64,000 nt of DNA from NCBI GenBank assembly GCA_000092065.1, contig CP000592.1; one strand, 5' to 3'. The position numbers were made by a program, and so were the translations under genes. This stretch comes from Ostreococcus lucimarinus. Lineage: Eukaryota. A model generated the notes under the pieces. That model was not told the origin of the DNA, did no database searches, and saw only the letters and a list, made by a program, of their open reading frames with translations. Shown one piece after another: positions 38,501 through 47,696 of the stretch; within the stretch, counting starts at the first letter, position 1, and each line of letters begins with the position of its first letter.

Positions 38501-40871
38501 GAGTCTTTGTCGTATCTCTTGCTCGTTCTTTTGTAGATGTGGACTTGTCCATGACGTCTGAGAGTCGTTCGTACTCTTCGGATAGTTTCTTCAACGCGTG
38601 TACGGCGCCCTCCTTTCGGAGTAATTTGGCCATGTCTACCATCTTTTTTCCCATCCCAGATTCCACGAGGTCCAAGCAGCCTTGAATTCGCTGCGCATCC
38701 TTGCACGAGAGCTGAGCGGAGCAAAAGGCCGCGAAAGAAGTCGTCTCTAAGACATTCTTGAAAGAATCGTCCGTCGAAAGCTGCGTCCACTTCGTGAGAG
38801 CGGATAAACACTTCACCTTGACTGCCTGAGGCACGCTAGAGTCAACCGCTTGCATCAAGACGTTCGTCAGGTGCTTCGCGTACTTGACCAATAACTCTGG
38901 TTCTTGCTTGGTCAACACTGGAACATTCTTCTCGCACAGTGACGCATCCTTCTCGCGCTTATTCCCAGAACGCGGTGACGATCGCATCCGTGGACCAACA
39001 GCCGGTAACAAAGCATCGGCGAGCGTGGCAACCTCGAGCAACTGCTCCGAAGTCACGATTGGCGAAGCCAAACCGCTGCTCGCGGGAGACGCTGACGATG
39101 GACCAGTGTTCATCGTCGTGAGAACCTTGCATCCAGATAGTGCGACAGATAAAGTTTCTGGTAAACCTTGTCGAAGAAGTTCGATGGCGACATCGGGATT
39201 GTGCACTGTGCAAACGTTCAGTAGCTTGATGAGCGAGTGATGCGTCGCCGGATTGACTGAACGCACCGAGTGCGGGGCGATGAGATTCACGACGTTCGCC
39301 ACGACACCGCTCTCACACAAACGAACGATTCGAGTTTCAGAATCTTTCGCCATTTTCGCAGCCAAATTCGTCAAGCATGTGCACGCGCAGTCTACCAGAC
39401 GAGGATCGTCGTGAGATAAAAGGTTTGCTAAGATTGGCACGGCGTCCATAGCACCGTCCAAGGCTGAGCTCGGAAGCTGTCGACAAATGTTCGCCGCAGT
39501 CTGCAAGCTTACACGTTGCATGCCGATGGAGAAAAAGTCCAAATACGACAAGCAAGCGATCAGAGCGCCTTGTCGCGCGCATTCTGCGCCGTAATCTTGA
39601 CTCAGCTTTTCCAACGCCTGCAGTGACTGCTCGGCGAGATCGATGTACTCAATTGTGAGCAAACGCGAGCAAAACTGGGGCAACGCGCCGTGATGAACGA
39701 TGGCTCCTCGTGAGGGAGGCATCACGTCCGCCATCGTCGTCAGTGCGCGTGCGGCGAGGAGCATAATGTCTGGCATATACTCCATCGTCATCAACTCGAT
39801 CAAAGCCGGAACAAAGGAATCGAGGGGCATGCTCATCATCAACTCCTCCCCCGAAATCACCAAGACCTCGTTGAGCTCGCTCAAAGCCGCCATTTGCGCC
39901 GAGGGATCGTCCATTTGTTTCAAACCGCGTAAGATCTCTTTCAATTTGCTCGAACTTTGACGAAACAATCCTCCACCCGCCCCGCTGGCGGCCGCCGCGT
40001 TGCCCAGACGCCGCAAGAGCGCTCGCAAGCCAGCCTCTGGGTCGTCTCGGTCCATGGCGTCTCGTAACTCGTCCATATCATCATCCATCTCGTGATCCAT
40101 ATCCTCGTCGTCCTCGTCGTCTTCTTCGTCGTCTTCATCATCGCTCTCGTCCTCGCCATCCCCAGATTCATCTTCAGAGTCGTTCTCGGAGTCGTCGCCG
40201 TCGTCGTAGTCGTCGTCGTCCTCGTAAAACCCGTCCCAGGCCCCGTCGCCGCCCTCGCCCTCTCCCGCGTCCTGTCCACCTCGACCCTCGCGATTCGCGC
40301 GTCCATCGCGTCCACAATTATTTTCAGACGTCTTCTTCGCTCCTCGACCATCGTGTCCATCGCTAACGCGCGTCGGCTTCCCCCCTCGTTCGCCCCTTTC
40401 GCCGCCACCGCGCTCTCTCGCCTTCCCGCTCGTCGACGTCGTCTCCACCCCCCGACCGATCGACTCGACGTTCTGCTCGATCTTATCCTTCTTTTTTGTC
40501 TCACTTTTCGTTTTCACCCTCTTCGTCTTCGCTCGCGCGCCGCGCTCGTTCGCCGTCGCGTTCGCTCGTTCGCCGTCGCCGCGTTCGCCGTCGCCGCGCC
40601 GAGAGATCTTCTTCTTTTGCCCATCGCGACTTTTCTTCCGCGTCCGCGTCTTCGCCAGCACCGCGCGCTCATTTTCTGCGGTCTTGACGTCTTTCGCGCG
40701 CTTGCGTTTCCCCACCACGGCTTGCACGTCCGCGTTCGCGTCGAGCGCGCGCGTTTTCGTCGCGCTCGGCGATGCGTCGGCACGCCGCGCGCGCGACGTT
40801 TTCGACGATTTACGCGTCGCCGGGGACGCCGCGAGCGGCAACAGCGCGTCCAGAGGGACGTGTGAAGACAT
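35592..40871 (-). CDS. UPL3: HECT-domain E3 ubiquitin ligase, TRIP12/UPL3/Ufd4-type (about 1760 aa)
   Basis: The C-terminal HECT domain ends in the catalytic-Cys region (..[35 protein letters not shown]). The N-terminal armadillo-like repeats ([44 protein letters not shown]) are typical of TRIP12/UPL3. There are two long Asp/Glu tracts. The first ATG is at 40869-40871. Confidence 0.9.
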   Translation of the reverse strand: [1759 protein letters not shown]

Positions 40872-41081
40872 CACGCGCGATCGCGCGCCGAGACGTGCGA
40901 ACGCTCGTGCGCGCGCGATGCGTGCGCGCGAAGTTGTGCGGCGCGAGGCGGCGACGAGGCGGCGACGAGGTCGCGAGGCGACGACTCGTTAAAACGCGCG
41001 AAAGCGAAGTCTTCAACGCGAACTCATCGGCGATGATGGGTCACAAAACAAAATCTACGCGATTCGCGATTCGAAGCGAAA

Positions 41082-41840
41082 TCAAAGCACGCCGGACTTG
41101 ACGATCTTGACCTCCTTGACCGGGCGGTCGCCGCGCGCCGTCGGGTTGGCTTCGATGGCGCGGACCACGTCCATCCCCTCCACGACGTTCCCGAACACGA
41201 CGTGCTTGCCGTTTAACCACGGCGTCGCCGCGGTGGTGATAAAAAATTGCGAACCGTTCGTGTTCGGGCCGGCGTTGGCCATCGACAGCACCCCCGGTCC
41301 GACGTGCGGAATCGCGAACGTCTCGTCCTCGAACTTGCCGCCGTAAATCGAATAGCCGCCGCGGCCGTCGCCGCGTTGGAAATCCCCACCCTGCAGCATG
41401 AAATTCGGGATCACGCGATGGAAGATTGAATTCTCGTACCCGAATCCCTTCTCTCCCGTCGCGAGCGCTTTGAAATTCGCCACCGTCTTCGGCGCTTCTT
41501 CGCCGAACAAACCGATGACGACGCGTCCCGCCGGCGCGTCGCCGATGGTGACGTCAAAGTACACCTTATCCGTCACGTTCAGCGCGCACAGCAGCGGCGC
41601 GGTGTCTTTAGTCGCGCATGTCTTCTGCTCGTCCTCGGCGCGCGCGCCGCGCGACGCGAGGGACGCCGCGGCGAGCGTCGTCGTCGACAGCACAAAGTCA
41701 CGGCGGTTTCGCGACGCGTTCGCGTCGTCGCCCGCGCGCGCGCGCGTCGCGGTCGCGCGTCGGCGCGTCGTGGACGTCGCGATCGGCGTCTTCGGCGTCG
41801 CGCGCGGGCTCGCGGCGGCGCGCGCGACGAGGCAAGGCAT
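41082..41840 (-). CDS. CYP20: cyclophilin-type peptidyl-prolyl isomerase with bipartite (twin-arginine) thylakoid-lumen-like targeting sequence
   Basis: The cyclophilin domain is present ([58 protein letters not shown]). It is preceded by an Arg/Ala/Thr-rich presequence, then [23 protein letters not shown], which is an RR motif, a hydrophobic core and an AxA site. The rest of track ORF 41082..43301 is antisense to the neighbouring gene and is rejected. Confidence 0.9.
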   Translation of the reverse strand: MPCLVARAAASPRATPKTPIATSTTRRRATATRARAGDDANASRNRRDFVLSTTTLAAASLASRGARAEDEQKTCATKDTAPLLCALNVTDKVYFDVTIGDAPAGRVVIGLFGEEAPKTVANFKALATGEKGFGYENSIFHRVIPNFMLQGGDFQRGDGRGGYSIYGGKFEDETFAIPHVGPGVLSMANAGPNTNGSQFFITTAATPWLNGKHVVFGNVVEGMDVVRAIEANPTARGDRPVKEVKIVKSGVL

Positions 41841-41882
41841 GTCGAGCGTTGGAATGACGTCACAAGGCGACGCGCGTCGACG

Positions 41883-43265
41883 ATGAGATCCTTCACCGTG
41901 CGCGCGGAGAGCGCGTCTCGAGGCGCGGCGAACGAGCTGCGACGAAGCCCGGGCTCGCGCCGAGGGCCGAAGCGCAAGATCGTGCCCATACCGAGCGCGA
42001 GCGCGGCGAAAACGGCGGACGAGGACGAGGACGAGGACGGAGGTCTGGAGTACGAGCGTGATTTTCGCGCGGAAGCGCCGCGCGGAGGCGAACGAAGCGC
42101 GAGCCTGACGTCGGCGACGGCGAGGGCGAAAGCGGACGCGACGCACGTGCCGTTCGTGGCGCCGAGACTGGCGATCGGGATCGCGAGCGATGTGCTGGAA
42201 CGGCTGTCGCGCGGGCCCGAGGACGGGTTCCGGGACGTCGCGGATTTCGCTCGGAAGCTCGGAAGCTCGAACGACGTGCTGGGTGACATTCAGAGGCGCA
42301 CGGAGGAAGAGATCGATCGGTTGGAGGCGATCGGGGTGAAGGCGACGGCGCCGGTGCGGGAGATGGTGAAGGGGACGCTGCCGGAGGAGGTGTACGAAAA
42401 GTATCTCGCGCCGGCGGTGGAGTACGCGGAGCGCGAAGGATCGACGGAACGCGCGCGAGGCGAGGGCGAGGGCGAGGGCGTGAGTCACGATGATGAATTC
42501 AACGATGATGCGGTGAACGCGGCGGCGGATGCGGTGGCGGCGGCGATGGCGGGGATGGACGTCGGCGAGACGGACGCCGCGAGCGCGTCCGCGAGCGCGT
42601 CCGCGTCCGCCGCCAAGGCGGAACCGAGCGCGGAAGAAAACTTCGAAAACATGGCTGCCGATGCGATAATGTCTAGCAGCACGATGTCGGCGTCGTACAC
42701 GGCGCCAGAGACGACGTACGGCGCCCAGGCTCCGGACGTGCCCAAGCGCGCGCCGACCCCGGTGCCCGTGCCCGTCGAACCCGTCGCCGCGACGCCAGCG
42801 GCGTCCGAGCCGATCTCCACCGAAGCTTTCGACAAAACCGTGGGTTACTGGCGCAAAATCTCCGCCGAGTGCCCCGACGAAGAGCCTTTGATGGACATCA
42901 TGGACATGAACGTCGTCTTCCGTCAAGCCGCCGGTTTGCTCAACTACCTGCGCGTCTCCCGCCCGACGCCCACGTCCTGGTCCGTCGCCTCCAACGCCGG
43001 CATCATCTCCATCGAAGAGTCGTACCCGATCGACGGCACCCCGACCGCGACCCCTCGTCGGGACTTGCGCTCGGGCGACCAAACCGGCGTCGTCTCCGCC
43101 GACGCCGACGTCGTCGTCCTCTCCATCGCCTGGTCCGACCCTCTCGCCGGTCGCCAGACGGAAACCTTCCGCGTCGACGACGACGGCGCGCTCGTCCGCG
43201 ACGTCCGCGTCACCCTCGACGGCGGCGACGAGTGGTCCGGCGTCTATCGCTACGCGCGCGCGTAG
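41883..43265 (+). CDS. hypothetical protein (460 aa) with transit-like N-terminus and conserved-looking C-terminal domain
   Basis: This is an ATG ORF with coding-like bias. The N-terminus is Arg/Ser-rich, the middle is acidic and Ala-rich, and the C-terminus ([62 protein letters not shown]) looks globular. I do not recognise the family. The start is only 42 nt from the cyclophilin start on the other strand. Confidence 0.5.
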   Translation: MRSFTVRAESASRGAANELRRSPGSRRGPKRKIVPIPSASAAKTADEDEDEDGGLEYERDFRAEAPRGGERSASLTSATARAKADATHVPFVAPRLAIGIASDVLERLSRGPEDGFRDVADFARKLGSSNDVLGDIQRRTEEEIDRLEAIGVKATAPVREMVKGTLPEEVYEKYLAPAVEYAEREGSTERARGEGEGEGVSHDDEFNDDAVNAAADAVAAAMAGMDVGETDAASASASASASAAKAEPSAEENFENMAADAIMSSSTMSASYTAPETTYGAQAPDVPKRAPTPVPVPVEPVAATPAASEPISTEAFDKTVGYWRKISAECPDEEPLMDIMDMNVVFRQAAGLLNYLRVSRPTPTSWSVASNAGIISIEESYPIDGTPTATPRRDLRSGDQTGVVSADADVVVLSIAWSDPLAGRQTETFRVDDDGALVRDVRVTLDGGDEWSGVYRYARA

Positions 43266-43404
43266 CCGCGCAGCCGCGCCGCCGCCGCGCGTCAATATCA
43301 TAGTCCAATCGCCTGTTAACTACGCACCCAACCCTCGAATCGTGATTCGTCCGACCCCCCCCCGACGCGCGCGCGCGCCACACCCCACGGGTCTCGCGGT
43401 TTTC

Positions 43405-43455
43405 CCACTCATGGGCTCACGCGTCACTAAATGCGCAGAAAACGACGCAAAGTTT
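43405..43455 (+). repeat. partial or diverged copy of the ~85-nt upstream element (CACTCATGGGCTCACGCGTCACTAAATGCGCAGAAAACGACGCAA)
   Basis: It shares the CACTCATGG and TCACTAAAT(A/G)CG(T/C)AGAAAACGAC(A/G)CAA cores with the 27178..27500 copies. It lies about 80 nt upstream of the RimO ATG and points toward it. Confidence 0.4.
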
Positions 43456-43531
43456 TCGCACCGCGCGACACTGTGACGTTGTCCCGACTGAGGTTTCGCG
43501 ATTCGCGCGCCGCACACGCGCTCGCGTCGCC

Positions 43532-45064
43532 ATGTCGACGCCGCTCTCGACGCGCGCGCGCGCGCCGACGCGCGCGGAATCTCGGACGCGGCGTCGCGAC
43601 CGCCGAAAGACGCGCGCGACGCGAACGACGCCGCGGTCGATCGCGGAACCGTCGGAAACCGGAACCGGCGGCGCCGACGCGGCGAGCGATTCGCGACGGA
43701 AGCGCGTCTCGATGGTCAGCCTGGGGTGCCCGAAGAACACGGTGGACGGGGAGGTGATGCTGGGGGATCTGCACGGCGCGGGATTCGACGTGACGGACGA
43801 TCACGAGAGCGCGGACGCGATCGTCATCAACTCGTGCGGATTCGTGGAGGACGCGAAGAACGAGAGCGTGGAGGCGATCCTGGAGGCGTCGCAGCTGGCG
43901 AACGGGAGCAAGAAGATCATCGTGACGGGATGCTTGGCGCAGCGGTACGCGAACGATCTGGCGAACGAGCTGCCGGAGGCGGACGTGATCGTGGGGTTTG
44001 AGAATTACGCCAATCTGCCGAAAACCGTGGGGGGGTTGCTCGGCGTGGAGACGAACGGGTTGATCGCGCCGCAGCAAGCGCGGGTGCAGGTGGGAGGGGC
44101 GAGCCCGCCGTTTAGAGAAGAGATAAAACGGTTGAGGATCACGCCGAGACACACGGCGTATCTGAGAGTGGCGGAAGGGTGCGATCACAAGTGCACTTTT
44201 TGCGCGATTCCGAGCTTTCGCGGGAGGTTTCGGTCCAAGCCGTGGCAGTCAATCATCGACGAAGCGAAGGCGTTGGCGGATTCGGGAGTTCGTGAGCTTA
44301 ACTTGATCGCAGAAGATACGAATCAGTGGGGCATCGACTTGAGAGCGAGCGATGGACGCGGGTTGGCCGAGCTCTTGTACGCGCTCGCCGAGGTCGAGGG
44401 CATCGAGTGGATGCGCATCCTGTACGCGTATCCGTCGTACTTTTCCGACGAGCTCATCCGAGCCATCGCGGATGTTCCGCAAGTGTGCAAATATATCGAT
44501 ATTCCGCTTCAGCACATCACAAACTTGTCGCTATTGCGAATGAATAGGCCGCCTCGGCAGCACACGGAGGATTTGTTGTACAAGCTGCGAGACCGAATTC
44601 CGGATTTAGCGCTTCGCACAACCTTCATCAGCGGATTCCCGGGAGAAACCGAGGAAGAACACGAAGAACTAATGCAATTTTGCCGTGATTTCAAATTTGA
44701 ACGACTCGGTGCGTTTGCGTACAGCGAAGAGGATGGTACGCCGGCGATGGAATACCCGGACCAAGTTCCGGAGGAAATTCGCGCGATTCGTCGCGACCAG
44801 CTCGTGTCGCAACAGCAAGAGATCAGCGAAGACTTTGCGATGAGCCGCGTCGGAAAGGACGTGGATGTGTTAATAGATAATTGGGACGAAGATATGCAGG
44901 CGTTCATCGGGCGTACCACGCTCGAGGCGCCGGATATTGACCCCGTGGTTTTCGTCACCGAGGACAAGTCCAAGGGCTTGCCTCCGATCGAACCGGGACA
45001 AATGCGAAGGTGCAACGTCATCGGATCGAGTCTTTTCGATCTCGAGGCGCAACCCATCATGTAA
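43532..45064 (+). CDS. rimO: radical-SAM methylthiotransferase, RimO/MiaB family (ribosomal protein S12 methylthiotransferase-like), organelle-targeted
   Basis: The MTTase N-domain (VSLGCPKNTVDGEVMLG..ADAIVINSCGFVEDAKNES), the radical-SAM CxxxCxxC (CDHKCTFCAIP) and a C-terminal TRAM-like region are present. The Arg-rich N-terminal extension suggests a transit peptide. Confidence 0.85.
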   Translation: MSTPLSTRARAPTRAESRTRRRDRRKTRATRTTPRSIAEPSETGTGGADAASDSRRKRVSMVSLGCPKNTVDGEVMLGDLHGAGFDVTDDHESADAIVINSCGFVEDAKNESVEAILEASQLANGSKKIIVTGCLAQRYANDLANELPEADVIVGFENYANLPKTVGGLLGVETNGLIAPQQARVQVGGASPPFREEIKRLRITPRHTAYLRVAEGCDHKCTFCAIPSFRGRFRSKPWQSIIDEAKALADSGVRELNLIAEDTNQWGIDLRASDGRGLAELLYALAEVEGIEWMRILYAYPSYFSDELIRAIADVPQVCKYIDIPLQHITNLSLLRMNRPPRQHTEDLLYKLRDRIPDLALRTTFISGFPGETEEEHEELMQFCRDFKFERLGAFAYSEEDGTPAMEYPDQVPEEIRAIRRDQLVSQQQEISEDFAMSRVGKDVDVLIDNWDEDMQAFIGRTTLEAPDIDPVVFVTEDKSKGLPPIEPGQMRRCNVIGSSLFDLEAQPIM

Positions 45065-45272
45065 ATTGTTTCTTCAACGCATAACTACGCGCAGGCTTCA
45101 TTTTAATCCTTCATTTACCAACACGTTTAGCTTTACATCACGTCACATTTATCAACGCGACGCGGCGGCGTTCGCTCTCACCGCTTAACGATCATCTGAA
45201 ACAAGTGAAAGTGTACATTTAATATGCTAAACACACGCGGGCTGCTAAAATTATCTACACGACGCTTCTCCG

Positions 45273-46283
45273 TCAACGCGTAAAGTTGAAAATGGACCAG
45301 TTTGAGTCGCCGTCTTCGTCGTCGCCGCGCCTAGTCGTCGCCCCGACGTCGTCGTCGTCGATGGATAGACGCAGCTCCCCCTTGGGCACAGATCTCGGCG
45401 CAGGGAGCGTGGCTTTTGCTAATTTGCCAACCTCCCCTCGAATGTTTGGCGTCTCGGAGATGAGCTTGTTGCGCAGGCGAACGTACTCTTGAAACGATTC
45501 AATCAACCAAGGAATGCGCGTGTTCTGCACATCCTTAAAATTCGGTCGACGACCCTTGGCCTGCTCGAATCCATCGCTCCAGCTCGCGAGCTCGTTCCTG
45601 AGCCTGGTGTACGCGCTGAGTTCGTACGAAAACTGATTCACCTTGACAGTGGACGACGCAACCTTCTCCGCCCGCGTCGTCGACTTTTTCATCGCGATCA
45701 GCTTCGTCAGCTTCGCCGTGCGCTCCCTCTCCGCCGCTTGCTGTCTTTGCTGCGCCGTCCCCGCATTCTTCACGGTTGAACTCTCCGCGATCTCCGCCAA
45801 AGACGACGTCGCCGCCGCGCCCGCCGCCGCGCGCGCCGCGCGCCACCGCTCGCGCTGCGCCGCCGCGATCTTCTTCCTCGACTCCGCGCTCCGCCGTTCA
45901 CCCACCTTCGACGCCGCCATCGACGTCCGTCGCGCCTCCTCCTCCGCGCGCGTCTCCGCGGCCGTCTCCGCGCTCGCCTCCGCGTCGTCCTCGTCGTCGC
46001 CGCGCTTCGTCGCCCTCGTCCCGCCTCCTCCCGGCGTCGCGCCCTCCCCCCCGCTCGCCACGACCTCGGGAAACCGCACCTCGATCGTCGCCAGCAGTTC
46101 CCGCACCCCGTCCGCGTCGCCGCGCGCGATCTCCTTCCGCGGTCGCCCGCGCCGCGCCGTCCCGACGCCCGTCCCGCGCGCGTTCGTCGCGCGCGCGACC
46201 GCGCGCGTCGCGCGCGCGCGTCGCGTCGACGCGCGCGCCGTCGTCATCGCGCCTCGCGTCGCCGTCGCGCGCGCGTGCGCCAT
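45273..46283 (-). CDS. hypothetical protein with N-terminal AT-hook (RRGRPRK) and conserved C-terminal region
   Basis: This is an ATG ORF of 336 aa. It has an AT-hook and Ala/Arg-rich low complexity, then a non-repetitive C-terminal roughly 120 aa (FSYELSAYTRLRNELASWSDGFEQAKGRRPNFKDVQNTRIPWLIESFQEYVRLRNKL). I do not recognise the family. Confidence 0.45.
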   Translation of the reverse strand: MAHARATATRGAMTTARASTRRARATRAVARATNARGTGVGTARRGRPRKEIARGDADGVRELLATIEVRFPEVVASGGEGATPGGGGTRATKRGDDEDDAEASAETAAETRAEEEARRTSMAASKVGERRSAESRKKIAAAQRERWRAARAAAGAAATSSLAEIAESSTVKNAGTAQQRQQAAERERTAKLTKLIAMKKSTTRAEKVASSTVKVNQFSYELSAYTRLRNELASWSDGFEQAKGRRPNFKDVQNTRIPWLIESFQEYVRLRNKLISETPNIRGEVGKLAKATLPAPRSVPKGELRLSIDDDDVGATTRRGDDEDGDSNWSIFNFTR

Positions 46284-46585
46284 CGCGCGCGCGCGTGTGC
46301 GCGCGTCGCGCGCGCGTTATCCGATCGAGATCCCGCGGTCGAGGTCGCGTCGGGACTGTTTACCCATACGCGCGCGGTGTATCGACACATGCACAATCAA
46401 AGACGGGCCTTTATATCACCGCGCGATCTTTACATCCCGTTCGCGCGCGTTCGAATGCGAACCATCGACGCCGCGCCGCGACGCTAAATCCGGCGACGCT
46501 GACGCGGCCGGTCGCGCGCGCTTTTCGAATCGCGCGCGCGCGTCCGCGCGCGCGACACATCCACGCGCACGCACGCCCGACGAAA

Positions 46586-47414
46586 ATGTCCGCGATCTTC
46601 ACCACCTCCATGTCCGCCAAGGCCTCGGCCAAGGTGCGCGCGACGCGACGCGCGAGCGACGCGACGCGCGATCGGTCCGCGGACGCGCGCGAGTATCTCG
46701 CGGGTGTTCGAGGACGCGCGGGCGCGTCTCGCGCGCGCGGACGCGCGGACGCGCGATCGCGGACGCGCGAACGATGGGAAAGAATCGTTCGCGGCGGGCG
46801 GGCGCGCGATGCGGGAGGTCGCGCGGTCGCGGGACGAGCGGCGCGCGATCGCGCGCGCGCCGAGGGAACGGGCGGTGGATCGGGGTTGGGACGCGAGACG
46901 CGAGGGACTGACGAACGCGCGATCGCGCGCGCGCGCAGGTGCAATTCCGCGCTCGCCCGACGAAGGCGTTCGCGGCGCGCCCGGTGCAGTGCTCCGCGGT
47001 GAAGTTCTCCGTGAACGCGGCGGCGGTGCGTGCGAGCGAAGCGAAGGCAAACCTAGGCGTTTGAACGCTTCGGATAACGCGCGCGAGAGACGCGAGACGG
47101 GCGCGACGCGGCGATCGCGGACGCGTGATTCGGCGCGCAATGACTGACTGAGGTGGCGTTTGGTTTGTCCTTCGCGCGCGCAGAGCCAAGACACGCTCGA
47201 CAAGGTTCGCGGCATCATCTCCGAACAACTCGGCACGGAGCTCGACGCCGTCGCGGCGGACGCCAAGTTCGTCGACTTGGGCGCGGATTCTCTCGACACC
47301 GTCGAAATCATGATGGCGCTCGAAGAGCAATTCGAAATCACGCTCGATGAGGAAGGTGCCGAGAAGATCGCCACCGTTCAAGAAGCGGCGGACATGATCC
47401 AAGCGCAAATCTAA
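46586..47414 (+). CDS. ACP: acyl carrier protein precursor; proposed join(46586..46633,46939..47025,47184..47414), with only the last exon certain
   Basis: Exon 3 encodes a canonical ACP ([40 protein letters not shown]..), including the phosphopantetheine-site DSL. The track ORF starts at a TTG inside this exon, so upstream exons are required. Two upstream exons give a 45-aa presequence [16 protein letters not shown]|[29 protein letters not shown] with no acidic residues. Both introns have GTGCG(C/T)GCGA donors and ACTGAC branch points 25-35 nt before AG. The splice coordinates are approximate. Confidence 0.7.
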
Positions 47415-47696
47415 GTCTAAGTGGCGAGGTGTTTGGCGTTTTCGCCGACGCCGTCGTGTCTCTTAGCAAACATAAGATAATTCTTGTCAAAGACACACAG
47501 TTTTGACGCGCTCAATTTGAGAACCATTAAAGTCATCGTTCGCGCGTCGCGCTCGCGTCGCTCGCGTCCTCGTCCTTCGGAAAGGATGTGACTGATTAGA
47601 CTGACGTTCTCGAGATCCTCATCGCGCGGAGAACGACACACCGCATCGCGCGCGCGCGCGCTCAGACGCCCGCACTCGGTCGGGTGATAGAAAGCC

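Noticed and set aside
41841-43301. Upstream about 490 codons of track ORF 41082..43301
   Set aside because: They are antisense to the 41883..43265 gene. The cyclophilin homology, presequence and first ATG define the real CDS as 41082..41840.
45643-47408. Four ORFs of 269-422 aa on both strands (45643..46911, 45776..47002, 46484..47374, 46599..47408)
   Set aside because: They overlap one another in a region of about 75% GC and consist almost entirely of Arg/Ala/Ser/Pro runs. The only conserved coding signal here is ACP and its short presequence exons.
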